From a virus: 64,000 nt of DNA. Under the pieces are notes generated by a model that made no database searches, was not told where the DNA came from, and saw nothing but the letters and a program-made list of their open reading frames with translations. The translations under genes were made by a program, and so were the position numbers. Numbering within the stretch: the first letter of the stretch is position 1; every line of letters starts with the position of its first letter. Shown one piece after another: positions 49,736 to 58,300 of the stretch. The stretch spans positions 25,864-89,863 of the IMG/VR virus record IMGVR_UViG_3300027777_000031. One strand, written 5' to 3'.

Positions 49736-50596
49736 TTATTTTACAACAATAAATTTTGTTTTTGGGTTCTCATTTATTTTATCATAAGGAACCACATTCT
49801 CAATTCGTTTATTGGCTATCTTAACATATTCTTCACTAATATCAATTCCTATAAAATTACGATTATTCAACTTAGACATTTTGGATGTTGTCCCGGAACC
49901 AACCATAGGGTCAAGAACAATATCACCCTCATTAGACCAACTCAATATATGGTCTTCAACAAGTTCTTCCGGAAATATTGCAGGATGTTCAAATGCGAAC
50001 GAATCTTTAGTTGAATAATTTTTACCAGTATTATATTGCCAAACATTATATCTATTACCATATTCCGCAATTGTGAAATCCGGCATTTCTTTTAATTCAC
50101 CATCTTTGGTCCTCATAACCCGTTTCCCAAAATTAGAATAACCTGCCCATTTGTTTTTTTTATCTTTCAATAGATTCACCGTTTTTGGTTTTCCTTTAGA
50201 AAATACAAACATATATTCAAAAACTTGAGAATAACGTTTTTTTTCGGGAAAAGGAGCTCCATTTTTCATATAAATCATTGTATCATACAATGTAAATCCT
50301 TGAGACATAAATCCTAATGCTTGTCTAAATGAACTCCCTGTTTCACCACCATTCTTTACTTGGTCACCAACAACCCATACGACAATACCACCATCTTTTG
50401 TGATTCTATATAATTCCGATACCATAGATTCAAAATCAAAACTAAAACCGGTTTCTTTAACTCCCGTAATTTTATTGTTATACGTTCTAAGATTATCGTA
50501 TGGTGGAGACGTAACAGTTAAGTCAACGTAATCATTTTGTATTTCCTTTACAATTTCAATAAAATCGCCAGTTGTGTTGTTATTTAATAATCTCAT
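49736..50596 (-). CDS. N6-adenine/N4-cytosine DNA methyltransferase (beta class)
   Basis: TSPPY precedes HPAIFP and DPMVGSGTT. Confidence 0.9.
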   Translation of the reverse strand: MRLLNNNTTGDFIEIVKEIQNDYVDLTVTSPPYDNLRTYNNKITGVKETGFSFDFESMVSELYRITKDGGIVVWVVGDQVKNGGETGSSFRQALGFMSQGFTLYDTMIYMKNGAPFPEKKRYSQVFEYMFVFSKGKPKTVNLLKDKKNKWAGYSNFGKRVMRTKDGELKEMPDFTIAEYGNRYNVWQYNTGKNYSTKDSFAFEHPAIFPEELVEDHILSWSNEGDIVLDPMVGSGTTSKMSKLNNRNFIGIDISEEYVKIANKRIENVVPYDKINENPKTKFIVVK

Positions 50597-51266
50597 AATT
50601 TACCGGGTTTAACTCTAAGTGATATATTTTTTGTTTAGGAATCACCCCTCCTTTAATTATACAGTTTTCTGTTAGATTATCAATGGACCAATCAGACATT
50701 CTAAAATCAAATGATGTTCTGTGACTATTATCTTTAGCATTTCCACTCCATTTATGTGAACCTAAATCAAATATTCCGGCAAACACTCCACTAAATAAAC
50801 CGTTATTGTTTGTTAACGATAACTTTTTTTCTCTATCAATTTTAAAATTAATTAATAAAAAATTATCAACTTTAGATGTTGATGAAGTTGAACCCTGCCA
50901 AGAATTATCATTTTGACTTAATTTAATCTCCAAGTAATATTTTTCATTAGTAGTAATATCAATAAAAACTAAATCATAACTTTTAACTATATTTGATTCT
51001 CTTTTTAAAACAACCCTTAAAAAAGATTTTTGGGACTCCAAATAATCGTTTAAATTGTACTTTAAAAAGGTATAAAAACTGTGAGACATTTGTGCCGTTA
51101 ATTGTGTGCCAATTTGATTAACCTCTTCTAAATCATAAAACTCATTAAGAGATTCATTGTTTTTACAAGCCCCGTAAAATTGTTGAACAATTAAATTGTT
51201 CTCTATGTGCAAAAACGCATAGTCCACAAAATTAACTCTTTTTAATTCATTTATTACTTTTTTCAT
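50580..51266 (-). CDS. Putative PD-(D/E)XK restriction endonuclease
   Basis: YDLVF...YLEIKLS; overlaps the methyltransferase start. Confidence 0.5.
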   Translation of the reverse strand: MKKVINELKRVNFVDYAFLHIENNLIVQQFYGACKNNESLNEFYDLEEVNQIGTQLTAQMSHSFYTFLKYNLNDYLESQKSFLRVVLKRESNIVKSYDLVFIDITTNEKYYLEIKLSQNDNSWQGSTSSTSKVDNFLLINFKIDREKKLSLTNNNGLFSGVFAGIFDLGSHKWSGNAKDNSHRTSFDFRMSDWSIDNLTENCIIKGGVIPKQKIYHLELNPVNYEIIK

Positions 51267-51318
51267 AGTTATTTATTTTTCAACAAAGATACAACTATTT
51301 TTTAATCTGCCAAAATTT

Positions 51319-51828
51319 TTAGAAAAATAAATATGGTTCCCACTCTTTTGGAATTTCGTGATGAACCTGTTTCATCAACATCAAATAGTGTGGTCGTCTT
51401 GGCTGTGGAATTTCCTTACCATACTCTTCCAAAGTCAAATTTGACTTCTCACTATTACATTTTCTACAAGCCGTAACCAAGTTGTCCCAAGAATCTTTCC
51501 CCCCCTTAGATTGGGGGATTACGTGGTCTAATGTCAATGTCTTTCTATTACTATCACCACAATACACACACTCAAAGTTATCTCTACGATAAACATTCTC
51601 TCGACTTAAAGGAACTTTTTGAATTACCTGATTCACATATTTATAAACCCGGATAATTGATGGTTTTTTGATATCCAATTCAGGATTCACTAATTTAAAT
51701 GATTCCGGATGTTCGTGGACGATGTCGGCATTACCTTTATAAGAAATGACGAAAGCCCTCTCTGTGGATATAATACTCCTTGCCATAAAACTTGAATCCA
51801 AAACCAAAGTTTTTTGGTACTTACTCAC
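51319..51828 (-). CDS. HNH endonuclease (McrA-like)
   Basis: RDNFECVYCG, TLDHVIPQSKGG, NLVTACRKCNSEK. Confidence 0.88.
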   Translation of the reverse strand: MSKYQKTLVLDSSFMARSIISTERAFVISYKGNADIVHEHPESFKLVNPELDIKKPSIIRVYKYVNQVIQKVPLSRENVYRRDNFECVYCGDSNRKTLTLDHVIPQSKGGKDSWDNLVTACRKCNSEKSNLTLEEYGKEIPQPRRPHYLMLMKQVHHEIPKEWEPYLFF

Positions 51829-51862
51829 GACTTTTGATTTTTTAATTAAACATTCTTTTTTG

Positions 51863-51934
51863 TGACCCCGGAGAATTTCGAAATCTCGACTCCCAAGTTA
51901 AAAGCTTGGTACTCTACCGCTGAGTTACGAGGTC
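51863..51934 (-). tRNA. tRNA-Lys(TTT)
   Basis: CCAAG-CTTTTAA-CTTGG. Confidence 0.9.
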
Positions 51935-52018
51935 AATATTGAGCTCATTTTGTTTTGTTATTTGGCTCAAATTATAAGTAATTTGAGCTTAATAATCAAA
52001 CTCTATGAGCCACATTTG

Positions 52019-52092
52019 TAGGTGGTATGAGACTCGAACTCATAACCTCTTCGGTATCAGCGAAGGACTCCAACCAATTGAGCTAACCACCT
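52019..52092 (-). tRNA. tRNA-Ile(GAT)
   Basis: CTTCG-CTGATAC-CGAAG. Confidence 0.9.
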
Positions 52093-52156
52093 AAAATCTA
52101 ATTCTACGCTTCCCCCATACTGTTAGGGTTCTATAAATTAGTAACAATCTCCCTCG

Positions 52157-52229
52157 TCGAGAATGTACGATTCGAACGTCTCCTCATACGTCCAAGGTAT
52201 GAATGCAGCCTGGTTACACCTCATTCTCG
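52157..52229 (-). tRNA. tRNA-Pro(TGG)
   Basis: CATAC-CTTGGAC-GTATG. Confidence 0.8.
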
Positions 52230-52232
52230 TTT

Positions 52233-52415
52233 TTAACTTATTTTTAATTTTCCTGAACGATAATCTTCTTGCATTTGTCGTATTCTTTCGTCTCTTTTTT
52301 CAATACTCTTTTTTATCCTTTCAATTTTTTCAGGACTTGGGTTAGAATCAATTGTATAAACTACCCCCATTTCATCTAATTCTTTTAAGAATTCTTTTGT
52401 TTCAAATTTTTTCAT
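52233..52415 (-). CDS. Hypothetical protein (60 aa)
   Basis: Start MKKFETKEF; lies between two tRNAs. Confidence 0.55.
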   Translation of the reverse strand: MKKFETKEFLKELDEMGVVYTIDSNPSPEKIERIKKSIEKRDERIRQMQEDYRSGKLKIS

Positions 52416-52429
52416 AACATTATGTTTTG

Positions 52430-52515
52430 CGGAGAGCAGAATACTCGAAATCCATCCATTTAACCGAACCACTCGCTTAGCAGGCGGTGACAATACCCTG
52501 ATTGTTTTACTCTCC
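52430..52515 (-). tRNA. tRNA-Ser(GCT)
   Basis: GGAGAG acceptor, loop CTGCTAA, long variable arm, G73. Confidence 0.8.
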
Positions 52516-52521
52516 ATTTTG

Positions 52522-52594
52522 TGTCTCCAGCAGGAGTCGAACCCACATCATCTAGTCCGTAGCCAGACGTTTTATCCAATTAAACTATGGAGAC
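52522..52594 (-). tRNA. tRNA-Arg(ACG)
   Basis: TCTGG-CTACGGA-CTAGA. Confidence 0.88.
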
Positions 52595-52600
52595 ATTTTG

Positions 52601-52706
52601 TAGTCAGGACAGGACTTGAACCTGTACTGCCGGGAATTCAAATAGGAGCGATTAACACTATTCCCCAATTTACCTATTTTAGCGTTTACCATTCCGCCAC
52701 CTGACC
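52601..52706 (-). ncRNA. tRNA-like RNA, same family as 29913-29985
   Basis: GGTCAGGTGGCGGAATGGTAAACGC...ACAGGTTCAAGTCCTGTCCTGACT with a longer, unrelated middle. Confidence 0.6.
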
Positions 52707-52801
52707 AATTTGAGGTTGAGAACTCCTCTGTGTTATTCTTTACTGTTTGTTGCAACAACCTTGTAGCCACTCTATATCCTTTCTCAAGGGAACAACACAT
52801 T

Positions 52802-52990
52802 TTACTTCCATTGAGTTTTTCGGTTATACTTCCAAGTTTTATGTTCTCTGTATTTGTGAGAAAATTGTCCTTTTCTGTAATGAACACCCTCATCCCAATA
52901 AGATGGGTATTCAAACTTTAACCAAATCAATCTGTAATCTTTGGAACAAGTTGCCTTGTTCAATTTCATTCTGTTTGTGTTTACACTCAT
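52802..52990 (-). CDS. Small basic aromatic protein preceded by a uORF and hairpin
   Basis: MSVNTNRMKLNK...TWKYNRKTQWK. Confidence 0.6.
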   Translation of the reverse strand: MSVNTNRMKLNKATCSKDYRLIWLKFEYPSYWDEGVHYRKGQFSHKYREHKTWKYNRKTQWK

Positions 52991-53059
52991 AATCTCTGAG
53001 CCCATTGTTTAGTGGACCTCAAAGATTGTCTAATACTTTTTTCATAATATTTTAATTTT

Positions 53060-53132
53060 GGGTGTTAGGACGGTACCGCCCCGTCTTCTTTGGTTCCACA
53101 AACCAACGCTTCACTAAAAAGCTTCAAACACC
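53060..53132 (-). tRNA. tRNA-His(GTG)
   Basis: TTGGT-TTGTGGA-ACCAA; T-loop GGCGGTA. Confidence 0.8.
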
Positions 53133-53208
53133 ATATTACCCCACTTCACCGGCTTAACGGACCGGCTGCCATATGGGAGTGGGGGTTTCCTGTTATATCA
53201 GGACTCCG

Positions 53209-53280
53209 CGGACTTGGGGAATTTCGAAATCCCGACCCTTCACTTAACAGGCGAACGCTCTTCCTCTGAGCTACAAGTCC
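53209..53280 (-). tRNA. tRNA-Asn(GTT)
   Basis: Loop CTGTTAA. Confidence 0.88.
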
Positions 53281-53430
53281 AATTTTGACCACTATGTTAT
53301 TTTGCGAACGTATGAAGCTCGTATCATTATTAAATCATAGTAGTCCAAGGCGTTACGCATCCGTCTGTAACTTTACTTTTCTTGAGTCCCGATGTGGCCA
53401 CATCAACTCTGGGAACGATTACCTTGTTTG

Positions 53431-53503
53431 TGGGGATTACAGGTTACGCTCCTGTCTCTTTGATTCTTCAGACCAACGCTTTCACTAGATTAGCTTAATC
53501 CCC
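53431..53503 (-). tRNA. tRNA-Phe(GAA)
   Basis: Loop CTGAAGA; T-loop AGCGTAA. Confidence 0.8.
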
Positions 53504-53646
53504 AATTAAAATGATGGTGAGATACCCGTTTCGTCTCACTCTTGACTGCTTAATAGTAGTTTTACTGTGCACAGGCAGAGGGTTATAATTTCGTTTGTTG
53601 TAATCAGAATTGTCGACATTCTTTCATACTGAAATTCATCATTTTG

Positions 53647-53727
53647 TGGGACACTATGGAATCGAACCATACCCTACTACAGAACGGTGTTACAGACCGC
53701 TTATCACACCAGTGACTGAAGCATCCC
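53647..53727 (-). tRNA. tRNA-Tyr(GTA)
   Basis: GCGGT-CTGTAAC-ACCGT; long variable arm. Confidence 0.82.
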
Positions 53728-53777
53728 AATTAATTTATTCTATTTCACACTACCGGACTTTATCAGGATGTGGTTTT

Positions 53778-53846
53778 TACCTTGCAGGACTTGAACCTGC
53801 GTCTTATCGGCTCCCGCCGATTGTTCCACCAACCGCAACTAAAGGT
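53778..53846 (-). ncRNA. tRNA-like domain with 5-bp acceptor and tetraloop anticodon arm
   Basis: ACCTT/AAGGT, ATCGGC-GGGA-GCCGAT, GCAGG-TTCAAGT-CCTGC. Confidence 0.5.
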
Positions 53847-53858
53847 TGAATAAATTTG

Positions 53859-53929
53859 TACCCCGAGATGGAATTGAACCACCACCATTTGTATGTAAGA
53901 CAAATACGCTTCCATTACGCCATCGGGGC
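53859..53929 (-). tRNA. tRNA-Val(TAC)
   Basis: TTTGT-CTTACAT-ACAAA. Confidence 0.88.
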
Positions 53930-53935
53930 AAATTG

Positions 53936-54003
53936 TACCGAGAAATGGTAACGCTCCATTCTATAGTCGGATATGAGCCGTCTATGGTCCTTGACCTCTC
54001 GAT
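53936..54003 (-). tRNA. tRNA-Met(CAT), reduced D-arm
   Basis: Loop CTCATAT; T-loop AGCGTTA. Confidence 0.55.
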
Positions 54004-54058
54004 GTTTTTGGTGGACATAGATTCATCACCTACTCTTGGGTTTCCACCGAACCCTTCG

Positions 54059-54130
54059 TTACCCCTGAGAGAATCGAACTCCCCCCGCGTGGACCAAAAC
54101 CACGTGTACTAACCGATATACGAAGGGGCA
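54059..54130 (-). tRNA. tRNA-Gln(TTG)
   Basis: CGTGG-TTTTGGT-CCACG; U1-A72. Confidence 0.88.
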
Positions 54131-54232
54131 AAATATTTTTTAGTTAAAGAACGGTTACCACAATTACGTTCGCCCCGGACTCTACTCCGGACATTCTTTT
54201 TTGGGTGTGGATTAAACTATTTAACTAACCCG

Positions 54233-54320
54233 CGGAAGGAGTGGGACTCGAACCCACACGTGTGTTACCACCAACGGTTTTCAAGACCGCGACCCGTAGA
54301 CCGACTTGGCTTACCCTTCC
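54233..54320 (-). tRNA. tRNA-Ser(TGA)
   Basis: GCGGT-CTTGAAA-ACCGT; long variable arm. Confidence 0.88.
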
Positions 54321-54409
54321 ATTTTTTCTTACCAATATTTCAAATAACTTGTTCCTTTATTTTGATGGGACAAAGGTAATCCTTTTTTTCTAACTTCCAA
54401 TTTTTTTAT

Positions 54410-54443
54410 AAAAAAAAATCCTGAACTTTTTGAGTTCAGGATT
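54410..54443 (-). terminator. Attenuator terminator upstream of tRNA array 1
   Basis: AATCCTGAACT-CAAAA-AGTTCAGGATT followed by a T tract. Confidence 0.8.
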
Positions 54444-54467
54444 CTTATTATATGTTATGATTAATTT

Positions 54468-54590
54468 TTATTCAAAAATAATATCACTTAATAAATCAGC
54501 TGAACTTGTATGCGAAATACGCGGATACGAACAATTACTAAATTGTTGGTTCCAAATTGAGACATTCATATGTTTATTAGTGTTTTTCAT
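54468..54590 (-). CDS. Putative leader peptide 1, MKNTNKHMNVSIWNQQFSNCSYPRISHTSSADLLSDIIFE
   Basis: 40 codons between promoter TAAGTTTG (54638-54645) and the terminator; codons match array 1 tRNAs. Confidence 0.72.
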   Translation of the reverse strand: MKNTNKHMNVSIWNQQFSNCSYPRISHTSSADLLSDIIFE

Positions 54591-54679
54591 TTTTCTTTTT
54601 TTTGTGGTATTTCTACCTGTGTTTCTTATAACTATCACAAACTTACGAAAAGTTTAATAAAAGTCAAATATTTTTTTTA

Positions 54680-54946
54680 TTATACCAATCTTTTTGCGAT
54701 ATCGGTAATTCTATTTTCATCTTCAGGTGATAACAAATGTCTTGAATCTCTGAGTTTCACTAATGACTCCCACCACTCATCATCTAATAGAGTGTTGTGA
54801 ATGTTTGTGGGTTTAACTTGTCCGTTGAATGAATCTAAATGACCTTCTTCAACAAGAGCCTCAATTAACTCTTTAACTTCTCTATTGGAACACGCTGAGA
54901 TATAGTCCCAAGCATCAATATCAATTTCTGTACTAAAATCTGGCAT
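54680..54946 (-). CDS. Hypothetical protein
   Basis: 88 aa ORF. Confidence 0.65.
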   Translation of the reverse strand: MPDFSTEIDIDAWDYISACSNREVKELIEALVEEGHLDSFNGQVKPTNIHNTLLDDEWWESLVKLRDSRHLLSPEDENRITDIAKRLV

Positions 54947-54949
54947 AAT

Positions 54950-55210
54950 TTATAAATTTTCTAATCTGTTAATAATTTTTGTTACTTCTTCTTTTGAATT
55001 CCACCCTAAAACATCATTACCGTCTTCCATTGGTACAAACTTACCAAGTGTTTTGTAGAATGCAGCGACTTCAAATGAAGTTGTTCCATTTCCGTATAAA
55101 CCTTCACCACCAACAACAGAAACTTCAATATCGTTTCCTAAGTCCAATCTTGCTTGAACTCCGTTACGTATTACGTGTGGTTTAAATACTAAATCATCAA
55201 ATGTTTTCAT
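54950..55210 (-). CDS. Hypothetical protein
   Basis: MKTFDDLVF...GLYG..FEVA; promoter at 55215-55222. Confidence 0.7.
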   Translation of the reverse strand: MKTFDDLVFKPHVIRNGVQARLDLGNDIEVSVVGGEGLYGNGTTSFEVAAFYKTLGKFVPMEDGNDVLGWNSKEEVTKIINRLENL

Positions 55211-55368
55211 AGGACAAAAGTAATATAAGTTATTTAATTAAACAAATTTATTTTAAAAAAGTTTTGGGCAACAAAAAGGTGTCTTACGACACCCTTCTGC
55301 TAGATTTAGAATTCTCCCCTTTCTTTTAGATGGTTAATCCCATCCGGTTTTCTACACCGGAGGTACGT

Positions 55369-58300
55369 TTAAGGCTGTACCGCCTTTGTTTTCATTTCTT
55401 GAGCTTTATCTTTAAGTTTGTTTGAGATATTACCCAATACAGGACAAATTAATTTATGAACACCTTTATGAATGTTTTTTGTTAATTCTGTTCTGTCAAT
55501 TGATTTATCTAAACCATCTTTAACAATTGACGAAATATCATTATTTTCAATATCTTGATTTTTAGACACTTTACTAATAATCGCATCTGACATTGATGAT
55601 GAGATTTTTTTAGCGATAAAGTCACAATCAACAATTTTGTCCAAATCTTCAATGTGAATATCGTTTATTGCTTTTTTAATTTTTTCACCCATCCATCCGT
55701 TAGGATTAATTGATGTTAATTTATCAACTAAATGTTTACCCATATATTCTTTAAATGTTGAGAAGATGGCATTTGACCCGTGTTCTCCGAATAAACCTTT
55801 TAATGATTCCCAAAACTCTTCTTTAATAAGTTGTTTATCAAAACCTTGAGAATTAAGATACATTGCTTCAGAAATAATTTCATTGAAGAATTTTTCTCTT
55901 GGTTGTTTGAATTTAAGAATTCTATTTTCAGTTAATATTTTAGTTCTTGTTTGAATAATTCTAGTTTCCGCTAATAAATTATTAGTTTTTTGTTCAGATA
56001 ATTTTTGTAAATTTTCTTTAATTAAATTAGTCAATTTTACTTTAGATTCATTCATTTGTCTCGTGTCAAGAGTCAACGGTAAAAATGGATTTTTACCTGA
56101 TGGACCTACTTTTGGTAATTTGAAATGTTCACCTGTTAATAATTTTTGAACATCTTTAATATCTAAATCACTACCAAATCCACGCAATCCTGTAAATGGA
56201 TTATCTTTATCTGTAAATTGAACATCTATATCCGTAGCCGTAATTGGACTCATCTTATCAAATACTCCACTTCTATAACATCCTTGTAATCCTTTTCTAA
56301 CAGCGTTAGAATTAAGACTATTATTTGCGGTACCTTGTTTTTCAAATTCAAATGCCGCTGAAAGATATGCCACTAAATCTGCTCTACATTTAGCAGGGTC
56401 GTACTTAGCACCTTTAAAATCATTTGTAAGTCTTTCACCACGAGGAATGAATATCTTAATTTGTTTATCCATATAGGTTAATCCTAAAGCATCTGCAGTA
56501 ACTGTGTTGTATTGGTCTAACTCATCATTTGGTGGATAAGTCATTGACGTTTCATTCACAGGTAAAAGTTTAGTACGATTTGGGTCCCAATAAGTTAACA
56601 TATCATTCCAACTTTTAAACACCATTGACCTAGCCTTTTTAGTGTTTATTAAATCTTGGAATCTATCAGTTAATGTTCTTATTTGATAATATGGGTCTGA
56701 ATTATAATCTAACGGATTAATACCAAATAGTCTTAAAATTTCTGTTTGTTGTGGTGCAATATCCTCAAAAGGAATTCCTTTAATGTGACTAATAACTCCT
56801 TTATTATCTCTAAGATATTTAAATTCACAAGAGTCACCTTGTCTTACTAATATTGTACCATTATAAGTTAAATAAGCTGTACTACCATCTTTTAATTTAA
56901 ATGATTTACCCGCGAAATATACTTTACCACCTTCAACAACAACCGGTTTAGATGTCTGATTTTTTGTTCTACATAATGTCTCTAAAGTTCCTGTATTTTT
57001 TAATATAGGATTTGTTTGTAAAGCATTTAATTCATCTGCAGGTGCCATAACAACTTCTTGTGTTTCCTGCGTTTGTTCTATAATAAAATTGTTAACCTCA
57101 TTAATAACTCTTTCTAAAGCATCCATAGCCGATTCATTTTGATTTAAATTTAAAGGTTTGTTGATATCAAAACCTTTGATTTCAGGAAATTTTTTGTTAG
57201 ATAATTCTGAAAATGGACTTGATTTTTTAACTTCCGGTTTAAAACTAATTTCAGGTTTATTTGTGCCTGATAATTCATCCGGTGTTGTCCAACTACTTCC
57301 AAAGAAATTTTGTTCCGGTTTTCTTGTTTTATCAGGAGAAGTTACCCATCCTGAACTTGCAGTCCATACTTGACCATCTTCAGTTGTAATAACTAGACTA
57401 TTATTTTTACAAGACCATTTACCATATACTTTAGTTCCGTCTTTAGAAACATATAAGAATGTAAAATCTTCCCAGAAAAATCCTAAATCGTTACCAAATG
57501 CGGCGATTACAATTTCTTTTCCATCACTATCTTGAGATAATTTAAGATTTTTTATAATTTTAATACAAACAGCCCATTCCGGTAAATTTGCCGGTGTTGT
57601 GTCAGTATCTACTGTAGTATTTACAGTGGATGCTGTTGAGGTATCGGTAGTTGATGGGTTACAGTCTTTAACTAAATCAGCATACGCCTTATTTAATATT
57701 TGAACTGAACTATCGTATTTAGGATTATCGCTGATATTAAAAATTCTACCGGTTTTAACTCTTTTGGCTAACCATTTACAATTTTTACTAACTTGATAAA
57801 CATACATTTTACTTCCCGTTGGGTCTGTTAACCATTCTGTTGATGTTGGGATTTCATCTGTATCATCTGTATGTGGTGGTTTTGGTGGTTGTATGATAGA
57901 ATCATTTTTATGTTTTTCCCACCAAGCTTCTAAATCCTCTTTAGTATTGTAAATCCATTTACCACCTTTTTTAATTAATGATGGAATACCTCTTTTAATT
58001 TTTTTCCAAAATTCTTCACCACCGGTTTTTATTCTTCTTAATAATTCAGCGTCAGTAATTGTGTCCCAATTGATTGGGTCTTCTTGTTGATTACCACCAG
58101 TTCCTCCACAAATTTTTAAATCTTTTGCCCAATTTAAATCACAGACATAAACTTCATAAAATCGTTTTTTATCTTTAGGAAAATAAACAACTTTACCTTT
58201 ATTAGGTCCTTTTTGAAATTTAGTTTTATGTAACCAATCGTAGAAATTATTTGTTGTGTTTTCTGATAAAAAATATTGTTTTTCAAAACTATCAGAATCT

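Noticed and set aside
53019-53024. prfB-like +1 frameshift at CTT TGA
   Set aside because: Followed by G rather than C, no upstream internal SD, and the downstream gene has its own ATG; hairpin coupling is the simpler explanation
45999-54112. Plus-strand ORFs over the tRNA arrays (e.g. 45999..46223, 53610..53849, 53846..54112)
   Set aside because: Antisense to tRNA genes; artefacts of higher GC content
55262-55368. Structured tract after the 1000-aa ORF as a riboswitch
   Set aside because: Contains a terminator (GGTGTC-GTAA-GACACC) and two small hairpins, but no family motif I can support
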